A DNA stretch of 60,594 bases, the filler included, from Sluysia triapertura (taxonomy: Eukaryota), in NCBI GenBank assembly GCA_046118255.1. It is 4 parts of 4 records of this genome, joined end to end, with 100 filler letters (N's around TTAATTAATTAA, not from the genome) between each part and the next. Parts side by side here need not be neighbours in the genome. Positions count along the whole stretch, not along the records: positions 14,255 to 28,230 come from JBJNIA010012095.1; positions 28,331 to 47,904 come from JBJNIA010058764.1; 2 more parts are not named here. One strand, written 5' to 3'. The notes beneath the pieces were generated by a model. That model made no database searches and was not told where the DNA came from. It was given only the letters and a program-made list of their open reading frames with translations. This document shows, in pieces, positions 14,255 to 28,385 of the stretch. The stretch's first letter is position 1, and every line of letters begins with the position of its first letter. Made by a program: the position numbers and the translations under genes.

Positions 14255-17200
14255 TTTTTATAATATTATTATAAATTTTTAACAATTAAAAAATTTTAAA
14301 AATATACATAAAAATTTATACAATCTTACATAACCCAACAATATTTCATATATTTCACAAAACCTAAAATAAAATTAGTATAATTGATCGTATCTGCATA
14401 GTAATTACTTTTGTCGATATTGCCTCCCTCATCCGCTTTAACATTACCACTAAGAACATTTGTATACCATTTAAATAACCTTTTAAAACTGATGATTTCA
14501 TTATCTTAAATGGTATATTAGGCTCTAAAGAAGTAGAAAATCGATTATAATATTCATATTCAATTGTAAATCAAATCATTTCTTTGCCGAAGCTCGGAGC
14601 GAGTTTTCACGATCTGTCGCCACCAATAATGTAAATTTTGAAATTATTAGAATAATTTATTTTTTTACAGTGTTTAAATACTGACATATATTGATTAGCC
14701 AAATGTGTTTAGAAATAATTAAATTTAGTATTTTAAAATCAAATTCATAATTTCACAATATATTTATTAAAGATCTATTCAAACAAATTTTCCCATATAA
14801 TTCAAAACAAATATCGAAGTACAATTTGAAATGTTTATGATTTCGGTATTGACTGTGTTTTTAAGCAGTTTCCAAGTTTGTCGCATTGTTTGTTTACATT
14901 TATAACGTTTAATTAAAGTTAAAGTAGTTAACTTAGACATTCTTGTAATGAATCTCAAACGAAAACTTATTAATTTTAAATCAGAACTAATAGAATCTGT
15001 AAAGAACTTGATTTATTTGGACCAAGAAGACAATTCGTCTTATGAAAGTAAGCAAATCAAGTTTACCGAGTATGTTACCATGCTTAAAGATTTTATGCCA
15101 GGAACAAATTCCTTATGATGTAATGATCCAAGAGGTTTTCCGCAGGCTGTATTTCATCGATTCAAAAATATCATTTTAAAATATCATTCGATTGCAGTTT
15201 TCTTTCCGCGTTCGGGACAGAATATGCGAAAATTTTTTACTTTATTCTTTCATCAATAAAACTCTTTAATAAAATTTTGATGAGATATTACGATAAAAAT
15301 TTAATTCAATTTTGCAATATTATAAAACTTTGTAATCGAATTTCAATAATGTACCATAGTATTATAGATTTTTTTATTGTTTCAAGGTTAATGACCTTAA
15401 GTCCATTTTCAGTTTTAACTACTATTTTGAATTTCTAATACAATTAAAAATGTCACAGCCATTTCAAATATCACTACTCATATAATACATCCAGCTCCAG
15501 TTTAAAACTATCCTTTGCAATATGTATCATACATCTCGATTCATTAATTTGAATCATTTAATAAAACTACCTCGAAGTTTTATATCACCCTAAAACTTTA
15601 ATTATATCATGTTTTTATAAAACTTTGGTATTAAACATTTAACTTTAAATCGGACTAATTTAAATCCAACTAATTTCAAAGAATGTAATTTACCATTAAA
15701 TTACCAATATTTAATTTACTAATTAAATATTTACTATTTATTATTAATTGTAATTTTACATCCAAGGAGGTATACATCCACAGTATTAACACATTTAACA
15801 AATCAAAATTTATGCAGTTGTTAGCATAATTAATTACTATTATTTTAACCAAAAAATTTAGGTTTATATTTTATCTTATTTTGCCGACGTGTATCACTAC
15901 AATATCGCTTAGTTAAAATAAACACGTTTTCTATTATATTTGATGTAAACATTAATGATATCTAATCATTTTACATGTACATAAATTATTACGAAATTAT
16001 ACTACTAAATGTTATATTAATATATACATTTTATTTTCGTTGAAGTGATTACACTAAATATGCTAATAATTATTTCTCAATTCGCTTTAGTGTTGTAATA
16101 TATTAATGATATATTAATGAAACTTCAAGTAAAATCGAATTATTCGTTTGTAAATATCAAGATATATAATGAATTCGAAATTACAAAAAAATGATTTTCA
16201 GTTTACAATAATTAAAATTTTTTGTTAATTGGTAAAACTCAAATATTTCATGGCCACCGACACTATTGTTTTACCACTGATTTAAAAGACATTGCCAATT
16301 TATTATATATGAAATTTTAGTGAAAAATATAACTGTTTATTATAAACTAATAACGGAAGAAATGACTGTCATTGTTGAATTAAGTTACGATACTTTCTAC
16401 GTATTGACTAATATTCTTAGTATTCTTAGTACATTTGTCTCCAGGCGACCTATGAGTTTACCATAAACTAAATCACGATGAATCACTTACATCAAAATTT
16501 GTGCTGATAAATTTTATAAATTTTATGATACGTGTAATCGATCACTCTTAATCATTTGTGATAATTATAAATTATTCGATTCTGAGTTGTTGATGTAACC
16601 TTCAATATTTCAATGCGATTTACAAAAATTGGAATAATGCCTTATGATTTCTACATTTGAAACAGGCAACTTTAAAATCTGGAATTGACCATATGTTTCA
16701 ATTAATATCGTTTACCAATTAAAACTTGATTAGATTTATATTTATAATTTTTCCGATGATCCAGATTCAAATTATTCAATACAGAAACAACAAAATAATT
16801 TCGTGATAATTTTTGCAAATAATAAATTTTCGGCATTCTTATCATTATGAATTAAATAAAAAGAAATTCAACATTTTTAATCATGAATATTCAAAGTGAT
16901 ATATTCGATAATTGGAGTAAAAGGATATTGATTCACGTGATTCTGGACCATTATGCCGTGCACTTTAGCGTATCGCGAGATTATTAAAATTAACAGCCAC
17001 TTCTACCCATATATATAGGACTATTACAGCTTTCCCCTAAAGCTTATAATAGTATATACTGTTTAGTCTATTAGTCTAAAGATTGAACTTTACATACGAA
17101 AACCTATAAGTTTGTATATAAATCCTTTTATGCATTATTGGTGATAACGTAAATAAAACACTGGTGTCTCCGTAAAAGCGGTGATGGATTCACAGTCCAT

Positions 17201-18380
17201 ATTTGTAATGTCCCAGAATGCCAAGGGATATTATATTCTAAGCTTACTTATCCTTAATTAAATCAGTTTTATAAATTACCCTTTAGTTATAAATTCTTTT
17301 TGTCTGATAAGCTTCGCAAATCACATTTACAAGCAATCTTTTTTTCTGTTGTTTGTCATTACTGTAACGTTACTTTCACATTACTCACTTTTACTTGCCA
17401 GACGGAAGAAAAACATCAATATTTTCAATAATTAATAAAAAAGTATTTCTCAAATTTTTATAGAGTTATAAGCTCACCAACGTTTGGAGTTTGTAATTGC
17501 CTATTATTCTTTATTCATATATCAGTGTACAATATCTACAAGATATTAGTGTTAAGATCTAAAACTAATGTCTTAATAATAATAGTAATTTAAAAAGAAT
17601 AACAAATTTTAAATAATAATAAAATTGTAAATGTAATAATAAAAAAATAATAATTAATATAATAACAATAATTTTCTATAATAATAATGAAACGTAATAT
17701 TCATTTACTCTTCAAATTTTTAAATTCCTAACTTAAATAAAATGTTAGTTTATTTAACTTTTCAAAATTTTATTCATTTTTAATTATTTATTTCAAAAAT
17801 AGAATTAAAATCATTATCACTGAGATTATATTAACCTAAAATAAGATTACATAGAATTAATATAAATTTAGAATTTAGTAACAAATAACAATTAATTATA
17901 AATTGAAAATGTATAAATATTCATCCTAAAATAAGATTCTATAAAGACATTTAAAACTTATAAACATCAAACCTTATTATTAGAGTCAACATATCATTTT
18001 AAAATAAGAATCAATAACAGCGATATGAAATTAAATTTTAAGAACATAAAATCCGATTAGAATTACCTTATAAACATGATTTAGAATACTATTATAAGTA
18101 AGTTAAAATTGTATTAAATTGAGATTGAATAAAACTATTATGTAATTAAAAATTAATAACATTCTCGATAAAATTAACTTAAATTAAAGATTAAGAAGAC
18201 TAGAAAGAATAATGTGATACAAAAATTAAAAGCAATGTAATCGACAAAAATCATAATACATAAGAATGAATAAAATTGTATATAAACAAAATTTAATAGT
18301 ATTAGATAGAACAAAATTTAATAATATAGTTGTAGCAAAATAAACTATTATAAATTAAAATAACTATAAAACTAACTATT

Positions 18381-18602
18381 TTTAGAATTCGTAAAATGAC
18401 ACTTTAGGCTTGTAACTCAACACATCTCACCCAATTCAATTATGTTTCACCTCAAACATCTTGAGGATCATTTAATTCAACATCAGAAGGATATTCGATA
18501 TGTGGGTTCACCAAATGTTAAACATCACGAAGTGGACTGACCGGGAATCGAATCCGACACTTCTCGCTTCACAGCTGTGCAGTTCGATGCTATGACCACT
18601 GA
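18381..18602 (-). mobile_element. TRIM-like element: tRNA-containing 5' LTR remnant (18602-18516), PBS, ~90 bp internal region, PPT, internally deleted 3' LTR
   Basis: Minus strand reads ..TTTAACA-TT-TGGTGAACCC (PBS-like) ... TTTGAGG..GGGTGAGA-TGTGTTGAGTTACAAGCCTAAAGTGTCA-TTTTACGAATTCTAA; the last part matches both the start and the end of the other repeat copies. Confidence 0.55.
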
Positions 18603-19461
18603 TATTAAAAGACGCGCTTTTCAAAAAAATAGTTAAAGTCTCACTCACACTCACTAAACCAATTAAATCCACAAAGTAAACCTTTTTCAAGTAATATCAA
18701 CAAATCTAGTAGACAAAAAATCAACTAAATTTTAGAAGAATATATAACTTATTTAGTACTTTCATTTCAGACCATCAAAACGAGTATTCGAATTCACACT
18801 TCCTGATAAGGTAAACATAATAGATAAAGTATAGATAAAACTTATAGAATAAGTTAATAGAGAAAATTTGCTTTAATAAAAGATTGTACATCCAGGTAAA
18901 TTGAAGTAGTAATATAAAAGAAGTTTAAACTATACTAGGGAGTAAGAGTTAATCCGAGCATATTCAAATTCCATAAAACTTAAGCAAATAAAATTTTAAA
19001 TTTTTATAATAATAATAATTATAATAATATAATAAAAATAATATTAATAAACATCTAGAGAACCACACATTTTTACATCAAAAGCACAAACACATTTCAT
19101 CACATACGACCATTTCTTACATAAACAAAACACAAAAATAATTACTCTATTCATTCAAAAAACAAATAAAGTCATTGTTTGTTTCATATAAATTTATAAT
19201 TTAGTTATATTTATTGTTACATAATCTTTACCACAATAATAACTTTCATGGTATTCTCATATCATCGTAACTCCATCAACATTGTCACGTTAAACTATGT
19301 AACAATTCAATTTAAACTTCATTTTTACATTATAATTTTATTATTATTACAACTATCGTATTTTTCACTTCCCTTTTGTTGGTATATATGTCTATATGTA
19401 ATTATGTTTACACGTTTGCACTTTTGTACGTGTGCTTATTCTTTTTCACTTTTATTTTTAT

Positions 19462-19618
19462 ATTTTATTACTTTATCGACATTGCTTATCCATTATGATT
19501 TTTATATGATTTCAGTCTGTATAAGCTCGCATTCTTGTTCATTTTATTACTTTATCGACATTGCTTATCCATTATGATTTTTATATGATTTCAGTCTGTA
19601 GAGCTCGCATTCTTGTTC
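19462..19618. repeat. Near-perfect 79-bp tandem duplication
   Basis: ATTTTATTACTTTATCGAC...GCTCGCATTCTTGTTC twice, differing only at TATAAG/TAGAG. Confidence 0.95.
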
Positions 19619-22600
19619 ATCCCTCAAATTAGATTTTATATCAATATTATTCAAAAGTCTACTAAAAATTTGTATAACTCAATCATGAATTTAATTATAC
19701 AATTTATTGTTATAAAACAATGTTATTACAATAATATGAACAGTGGAATTCGTTTATGACCAAATTATTAGTCTAAAAGAACGTTTTCGCGATAAAGTTC
19801 AACGTGAAACTATTAATCAGTGTATAAATACAAGAGTACAAAAAAATTGTTGGATAATGATGGAAATAATTACCTTCTCCAAACCATTTCTGGTGAAAGT
19901 AAAATAATAGATAAAAATACTAAGATCCGAAAAATTATAGAAATTTTATTCGCGTAGAATGATAACACAATTTACTACTATAACTATTACAACTACTATT
20001 AATTTTCCATCGTCATTACTACTACGAAAATATATGTTATTAAAAATAATTTGAATTTGTGGAAGATTTCCTTTTAGAATTCCACTTTGTGTCAATATCC
20101 ATGCCATTAAATCCACTTGTTAAATTATTTGTAGATATGGAATTAGAAGAATCAGTACCTAAAGGTTCTCCACGAGGTCTAGTCTCACTAACATGATTTC
20201 AATAAGTGGAGCAGTATAGTATCTGTAAACCTCTTATTATTACTAATACTAACATTACTACTCTCACTACTACAACACCTACCATTACTGTCACTTTTAT
20301 TGCTTCCACTGCTGCTGTTGCTATTTGTGCTACCATTAATTTCCCATCGTATCTGAAAATAAAGTAAATATATAAAATTAATATTAATTTATTTCTTAAG
20401 AAGCATAATTTAAAAAAATCAATAATTACATATGAATATTTCAATTTAAATTTCCTTACAAATTATGTTAAAAAATGATCATCTATGAATTAATGATAAC
20501 TACAATCCTTATTGTTTGGTTTTTATATGGCATTTGTTTGAATGAATATGTGAGATTTTTAATAAATTTATCTGCGGTACTCACGAATAAAAGTTTATTC
20601 TCTTAGTATTTTTTCTTACCTAGTCTAATGAATAAATTAAGTGTGAGTTCACCAACTTATTAGACTTACCGGTTAGGGCTAGCGTTGGATTTTTAATAAA
20701 AGAACAACTATTGGAAGTTGAACTAATCAATTAAGAAATATAATGCGATTGTTCAAAAACTTTGTGTTAATTTTTCCTTTTTAAAGTTAATGGTGATTTT
20801 ACAAACAATAGTGCTATAAGGATTTTACGACTCCGATTTGATTTTATAAATTTGAAATTATAAAAATTAATGACAAAAGAGAAAATAATTTTTAATATGT
20901 ATATTCAAAAAATTTTATACAATTAATGTCAAGCAATACAAAATGATTAGATAAAAATATAATAGTGATTTTCCTTTATTAACTATAAAGTTAATACTGT
21001 TCTTTATCATTTTGATGGAACTTTGAAATAGTTCCCAAAAAATTTAATAAGATTTTAGTCGAGTTTACGTTATACTTAAAAAGTATAATTCTTATTAAAA
21101 TCAAACTAACGATTTTAGTTACGTGAAAGCTAGTCGTAATAGATTATTGAAGAATTATCGCCAAGTTGTTGAATTCCGTCGAACTGCTGAAGTGACAAGA
21201 TTGAACGAACACTTATATTTTTCTTGTTTTTATTGCACTATTTATAAATATTTTATAAATGAGCTTAAAATAATTTTATTTAAACAAAATGATTTTAATT
21301 TAATGAAAATTAATGATTTTAGTGAAACTTTAATCATAAATAAATTACTTACATAATATTAAATTCTACAGAAAAATATCGAAATAAATTTCCAAATAAT
21401 AAAATTTTTAAATAATAAAATTGTAAGTTTTAGATTCAATCAACAATTATAAACAAATAAATCAATAAAACCGTTAGATACAGTAATATGTAAAGTTAGA
21501 CAAAGACAACAAATATAACGCGAGTTTCATGTGTCAAACAGATTCCAATACATTGCGTAAAACGATAAATTATATATTTACTTAAATCACGATAATTCGT
21601 TCCAAAGAGATTTTCACAGAAAAAAATTGATACGCTTCGTCATCTGTGCTGTTATTAACATATCCTCTTGTTTTCACATTTATCTATCTTTATATTAATA
21701 CATATTTTATTAATTTAGTTTTGTTTAATAGAGTTGTTTTTGAGCAGATTAATTTGTTTTTTAAATTTGTAAAGTATTTGACTATTTTAAAAAGGCCGTA
21801 CGCCTAGAGTTTTTAATAATCTCGTTAATTTATTCTTTTCTAAATATATCATTAAAATTAAAAATAATATTCTTGTTAAATTTGAAAATTTCAAAGTCTT
21901 TATTAAATTTAACAATTATACGCCCTCACCAAAATTACCAAAAGACATAATAACAATAATAATAATTTTAACTGGGCTTATAGCTTGGATTTCGTGTGGA
22001 CAAAAATAATGAGTACTTGTACTCAATCGAAAAATTGTTTACTATAAAGAATATATATCACTCATTAGTCGAGTTAATAAACAATTAAAAAGAGTACGAG
22101 CGTACTAAATTGTTTAAAAGAATACTTATTATTTATGCTGTTTAAATAATAGTTACTGTTTAATGAAAGTTAAAGTAGGAAATTTTATTTTTACAAAGAA
22201 AACGTAAATCATCATTTACTGTGGTTCCTCTTATAGAGTTAAAAACATTTAAGCATAACACTGTTTTTTACAATGGTTGATTTAGTTATTATTGTAATGC
22301 GACATTCGATTCTCACCCCAATTCAGCAACATCATTAAATATTTAAAGAATGAGACTTTCATTTCAATCGAAAATTCATTTTGCAAGACTTTAGTTTAGT
22401 AAATTAAGTTTTCTCTTACTTAATACAGATTTAAAATCATACTAAAAATCATCAATTATTTTTTCTCGACGGTTTAAATATGTCTTAAACTAAAAAACTG
22501 AAATATATCAGTGATCTTTAATGTGTCTAAAACTTTAAATTAATAAAATCTGTTTTTATTTGACATTATTCGGTTGTATATTTCTCTGTGGTACATATGA

Positions 22601-25085
22601 ATATATTTTAATTCATAAATGTAAATAATTCATAAATAAAGTCAATCGATTTTTAACTTCAAAAACACTAAATCTACGCACACCACTTTTATATATCCTA
22701 TTTAATTGAATTTAAAATAAAAGGATTAAATTAAAAAGCTTCGACTTTCTGAAATAAGTCATATTTGTAAAGTTTTTTTACGTCGGTTTAAATACTCCTG
22801 TTATAATCTCATTTTTCGTCCTATTCTAAAAAAAAGTTTAAAATATATTATTTGCAAATGTAAAATTTAAGTTTTATGTAAAATGTATTAAAATTAAATT
22901 GAAAGTTTGTGTAAATAAAGATTAAATTATGAAATAAATGTAATTTTTAAAATGTATTTTATAATTTTGGATAAAAACATAGTTATTATTATAATAATAA
23001 TTATTATTTTTATAAATTTATTAGTTTTGCATTATTAAAAATGTATTTTAACTATTATTATTATATTATTTAATGATTGCTATTTTATCAAAATTATAAT
23101 TAGATTCTAAAATTATTATTATTAAAAGTATTAAACTATTATTACTATCATTCAAGTCATTCTTTAGTCAGTTTTAATTTTGGAGACTTAATTCTATTTG
23201 GTTCATACAAGAATAAAGATATAACGAAATTCTTCGTTAGTTTATAACTTCTATGGAGAAAAAACTGTTTTATTAAAGTTAAGTAAAATTTAGTAAAATT
23301 TAAAGAACTAAATTTTAAAAAACTAAATTACAAGTAAAATTAGTCTATTAATTATCATTTTGACAATAATAATATAAACTTATTGTTTAATATTACATCA
23401 TTTGAATTATTTTTAGTATACATATTGTATTGTTTCATTTTTTCCTAAACATTTTCCTAAATATTTTTCGTGTACTTATCAAATAACATTTTTACCTATC
23501 TGAGTTTATACATAATTATAATAAATTAAATGTAAAGGTATTTTTAGCATTATAATTTTTAATTTTTATTAGTATTTTTAGTTTTTTATCGTAAAATAAA
23601 TAATATTAAATTATTATATATTTGTATTTTTATATTAAAATAAAAATAAGTAAATATTTTAAATAAATCTATTACTATTAATAAATATTGAAATAAATAA
23701 ATATTATTATTAAATTATTATTATTGTTTAAATTAATTTATTATTATTAAAATATTATCAAATATTATTATTGTTTAAATTCATTAGTTAAAAAATGATA
23801 TTGTAAACTAGTATATAAACTACAATTATACTTCGTTTAGGCACAAGTGAAATTTTATAGTGAAATTTTATTATTTCGAAAATAGTAAAATTTTATTGAA
23901 GATTTTATATATCATTAAAAATTATAAAGAAAACATTTAATTCCGTTGAGAAGAAATCATAACTTACCGAGAAGATAACTGTTTTAAGGAAGATTTTAAA
24001 AGTTACAGAAGATAAAACTTTTAGTTTATTTTCGTTACTAAGATTAATTTTAATAAATTTCTAAAATCATCGTAACCATCAACCAAAACATTTAGTAATT
24101 TTTTTTACAATACAAAATACTTTTTGTAGTGGCCAACACCCACAATTCTAAATTTTTTAAAATCCCAAAATTTTAAATATCAATCATACTTAACATATTC
24201 AAATCACAACAATCAGTTTACAAAAAACATAACATCTAAATCAATCACATTTCATACTATCCAATACATTAACTGATCCATCAAAAACAACATTCGACAT
24301 TCATAATAATTCAACAATATATACTTCTTAAAAACAACTCGTCGAATACTCTCAATCATTCATCTCACACCATACTTCGATAATTAATACGAAAAACAAT
24401 CCATAACGTTCACTCAATAACGATTCTCTCAAACCAAGTTACAATCATAACACATAATATTTAAATTACAAATGTATTAACACTATCCAACAACACTAAC
24501 AAGTACTGAAAACATTTACGCTACAATCACGAATCAATCACACTAATTTAAACCCATTGCCTCTACACATCATTATTAACACTCTTCAATAACATTGTAC
24601 ATAGGCTAAGATTTTTTTTGATTGTCTTTTAAATCACATAAACTATAACCTATCAACAAGCATTCTAAACCATTACATTCAATGCTAAAGCCGTATTTTC
24701 AATTATAAAACTTAAATAAAGCTCAAGAATTTATTCCAACATTCTTTATTTCACTTTATTTCATTCCTTTATTTTCAAAAATAAATTTAAAACAGCTTTA
24801 AAGAATTCATTTCCTTATGTTGAAGTAACAACGTTAACCGAAACATAGTTTATCACGTTAGCGTTGCTCTTTCACATAATATCAATCGCTTTTACTTTCA
24901 TTTTTTTATATGTGAGAAATAGAAGAATTTCAAAGAAAAGATCATGTTTTTAAAGATTACAAGAAATTTTATGTGATTTATTTTATTTAATAATAATAAT
25001 AGCAATATTATTATTGTTATTATTATTATTATTAGGAAACATTAAATTAATTTTACACGGTACAAATTAAAATTAAGTTAATTCA

Positions 25086-26570
25086 ATGACGATCAACCTA
25101 GTTGCTACCATCACCAGTGTTGACACTGTATGTCACATTTTATATTGCAGTGACAGCAATGATGATAGTCAATCATCGGTTTTATCATCTTTTGTTTTTT
25201 TGTCAGGCAATTTTGTTCGCCACCCAATCAGAGTACATAAAATTAAACATACTATCAAAGACTCTGATTGGATAAGTTAAACGACATTATTAGTAGCTAA
25301 TTAAAAATAACAACGGACACTAATTTTTAAAAAATTAATATTAAAAAGATTGTGACGACTTATTGGTTTTGCAGATAAAACAAACTATTTACAATCAAAT
25401 AAATTTATTTCTTTTATGTGCAATTTTACGCCGGATATTCATTCAAATTAAATTATGGCAAAACTGCTCCGAATCGACCAATTATTAGAAAGCCTATGGA
25501 ATCATTTTATATCCAAATGTTGGTAGAATTTACTACTCTTGATAATGATAATTTAAAACCAAGTAGTAAATTGCTGGCAAAGAAATTTATGAAGCATTCT
25601 AACGAGTTTAATGAATTTTACTTAGATCGAAAACAAAAAACAAAGCAAAATTCAAATGTTTATGGTGTATCATCTTTTCTTAATGACAATGAAACTACCA
25701 TCCAAATAATTATTCTTTCTAGTTTCTTTGAAAATAATCAATATAATTTTTGTAGTACTATAAAGAATGAAGATAATCTCTTCTATGAAACATTCAGAAC
25801 AAATGTTTACGATGAAGTTGAATTTACAAATTATGATGCAACACTACAAATGAAAAATGATGATAACAGTGGATCCGATAAACCAAGTTCAAAAGATTTA
25901 ATCTATTTAGTTAAAAGTATAAATCTGACACAATCAGCTTGCCTTAATGACACGTATACGATGCTATTTTCAAAAAATTTTCAATCATTGAACTATTTCA
26001 ACGAAAAGTTTATCAAATATCCCAAATCCTGAATAAGCAGTTAATTATTACGAGAGTACTCAAAGATGAATTGGATAATAACAACAATAAAGATTTAGTT
26101 ACAAGTATACGATTCGAGACTAACCTACACAGTATATCAAAAGACCTATCAAAGGCCAGCGCTGTAATACGAAAAGACTTAATCGAACTGTTCCTAGACA
26201 GAGCAGTACATTTCTTTAGTTCAAAATCAAAATTTAATGCTCCGGATGATTTTAAGAACTGTCATCACGAGTTTATTCTACTGCGAGTTAACGAGCTCAG
26301 TACAACATTACAATTACACCTACTTATACATCACATCAATCATAACATTCATCTACACAAATCTCATGGCAAAAATTACACTATAACAAGCCTCATCTGT
26401 ATCATTTGCAACATTACAACACTCATCCTTATAAAATCTCACATGCCTAATAAAATCCTTTTTACTAACACCATTTCATCAAAATAAAACACAACGCATT
26501 GTCACTTTGCCATCATTATGATCTTTTTATCTATATATTATAACCTTTTTATTTTATATATTTTATAATT
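25086..26570 (+). pseudogene. Disrupted intronless ORF of unknown function, ending in a Thr/Ser/His-rich stretch and a hydrophobic tail; possibly a retroelement accessory gene
   Basis: Collinear ORFs 25086-25280, 25418-26032 and 26071-26487; followed by purine tract AAAAAAGAGTTAA-TGTAGT. Confidence 0.35.
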
Positions 26571-26621
26571 TTCTAATAATTTCACTTTCAAAAAAGAGTT
26601 AATGTAGTAATAAGTAAATGA

Positions 26622-26850
26622 AGAGCACAAAGAGAAGAATCGGATGAAATTGAAGAGTTAAAAAGACAAATTAAAGGAATTCTTAATAAAATTGTACCTC
26701 AAAATTTTGACTATTATTTTGATAATTTCGTTAAATTAAAGATTGGAATTCAGGAAGGAATCAGATATTTTTTTAAATGAATATATTTTTAAAAAGCAGT
26801 AAGAAAAGAAGTTTATCGTGTCTTTTTTGCAAAATTTGTTTTTGTTTAGT
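26622..26850 (+). pseudogene. eIF4G-like MIF4G domain fragment (N-half)
   Basis: EELKRQIKGILNKIVPQNF...IFxKAVRKEVYRVFFAKF matches MIF4G VRSILNKLTPQMF...IFEKAISEPNFSVAYA; frameshifted. Confidence 0.65.
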
Positions 26851-27449
26851 AAGTATTAAAACAGATGTGTCAGAAAGTGAAATTGTTTTAATATTAGGAA
26901 TTTTTATTTTATATTTTGCTAATTTTATATTTTGAAAAAATTATATAAATATAAAAAATCACATGGTCTGGAAAATTCTACACTTTTGGAAATTTCATAT
27001 TTTGAAATTTGTACAAATTTACATAAAAATAATTTAACAGTCTATGTGAAGAAAACAGGAGTGAAGCAACAAACACTAAAAATACCAATAGCCAGAAAGT
27101 TTAAGATAGTAATGATGCTTAAATATTTTAAAAATACATTGGGCAGAGTGTCTTCCACAAAATTATCTTAGAAATAACTATAAATCAAATTATTAACCTT
27201 AAAATATTATAAAAATAAAATTGGCAAGGATCCTCCAAATAATTGAATTTATGAATATCTGAAAAGTTAAAATTAAAATTATTTGAAATTAAAAATAATA
27301 ATTAAATATATAACTGACAATATTACAAAATAGTAATGATAATCTCCCTAAACAATTTAATCTACTTATCAATATTAAAAACTATTATTGATTTTATTAA
27401 TACAAAATTAATATTATAAAGCTAACTAAAAAACTTATTTATTTTATTT

Positions 27450-27715
27450 AAACATATATGGATCTTATAGCGCTCGATGCTTCTGCAATTGTGTGATTGT
27501 GTTGTAAAATTTTTAGATTTTTCATTTTAAACTCTTTCATTATCCAATCAATCCCAAATCTCACAATTATACACTCTCTCATGCAAATCATCAAAACTTC
27601 TTTGAGAATTAAACCGACAATAATAACTTTGACAATTATATGATAGGGTCTGTCAAACTTCATTATGTATAAAGCATAAAAATTTGATTTATTACCAAGC
27701 ATCATTTTCTTTTAC
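27450..27715 (-). pseudogene. eIF4G-like MIF4G domain fragment (C-half), inverted relative to the N-half
   Basis: KKMMLGN..LYIMK/LTDPII...SSAIRSI resembles [24 protein letters not shown]...SSRIRFM. Confidence 0.45.
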
Positions 27716-27929
27716 TTTATTTTAATCTATTTTTACTTAAATTACTTCTCACATTAAAATAACAATCAACAATCTTATTAACATGCATAAGAATAATGAA
27801 TTTAATTTTACTTTTGAGGATTTAATTGATTTTCGATTTTTCACACCCAATTTTCTAATGAAAAATGTTTTAAACTTCTTATTCTCATACAAACTATCAT
27901 GCAAACATTTTAGAACTCATTGCAAGTAT

Positions 27930-28125
27930 TTTATTGGGAAATCTTCGCTTTGTACCAATTCTGGAGACGGAAAGTTTTTAAAATGGTAATTTTTAAGCAA
28001 AAATATTCTAAAAATAAATTGGGCAGAGTGTTTCTTCTAAATCTGTATTTTATTTACCTGAAAATGAATTATTTATCTTAAAAACTCTCAAAAATAAATT
28101 GGGCAGAATGACTTCTCTAAATTTA
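27930..28125 (+). repeat. Degenerate ~80-bp tandem repeat with core AAAATAAATTGGGCAGAGTG; further copies at ~27132 and ~27213
   Basis: Core at ~28012 and ~28091, degenerate copy at ~27930; spacing about 80 bp. Confidence 0.6.
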
Positions 28126-28230
28126 TTTCACTTGGTATTAAAAAACTTACGATGGGCGTTTCCCAAAAATTAAAAATATTCAAATAAAATTTAAATTAAA
28201 TAAAAATTTACCGGAAGCATGGATCTTCCT

Positions 28231-28330
28231 NNNNNNNNNNNNNNNNNNNNNNNNNNNNNNNNNNNNNNNNNNNNTTAATTAATTAANNNNNNNNNNNNNN
28301 NNNNNNNNNNNNNNNNNNNNNNNNNNNNNN
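28231..28330. other. Artificial contig linker
   Basis: N44-TTAATTAATTAA-N44. Confidence 0.97.
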
Positions 28331-28334
28331 TTGT

Positions 28335-28336
<2 letters not shown>

Positions 28337-28384
<48 letters not shown>
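28337..28384. repeat. (TA)n microsatellite at contig start
   Basis: Direct observation. Confidence 0.97.

Positions 28385-28385
<1 letters not shown>

Noticed and set aside
19735-19900. Possible Tc1 transposase C-terminus
   Set aside because: Similarity too weak; no DDE motif or TIR seen
24220-24300. Minus-strand DGSV..DLDVMF resembling a cGAS/Mab-21 nucleotidyltransferase motif
   Set aside because: Needs a frameshift and lies in low-complexity antisense of an ACA-rich tract; probably chance
11949-27715. Apparent translation-initiation cluster (4E-T plus eIF4G fragments)
   Set aside because: They are on different contigs joined artificially
27132-28125. CRISPR-like repeat-spacer array
   Set aside because: Eukaryotic context, degenerate units, no cas genes; ordinary tandem repeat
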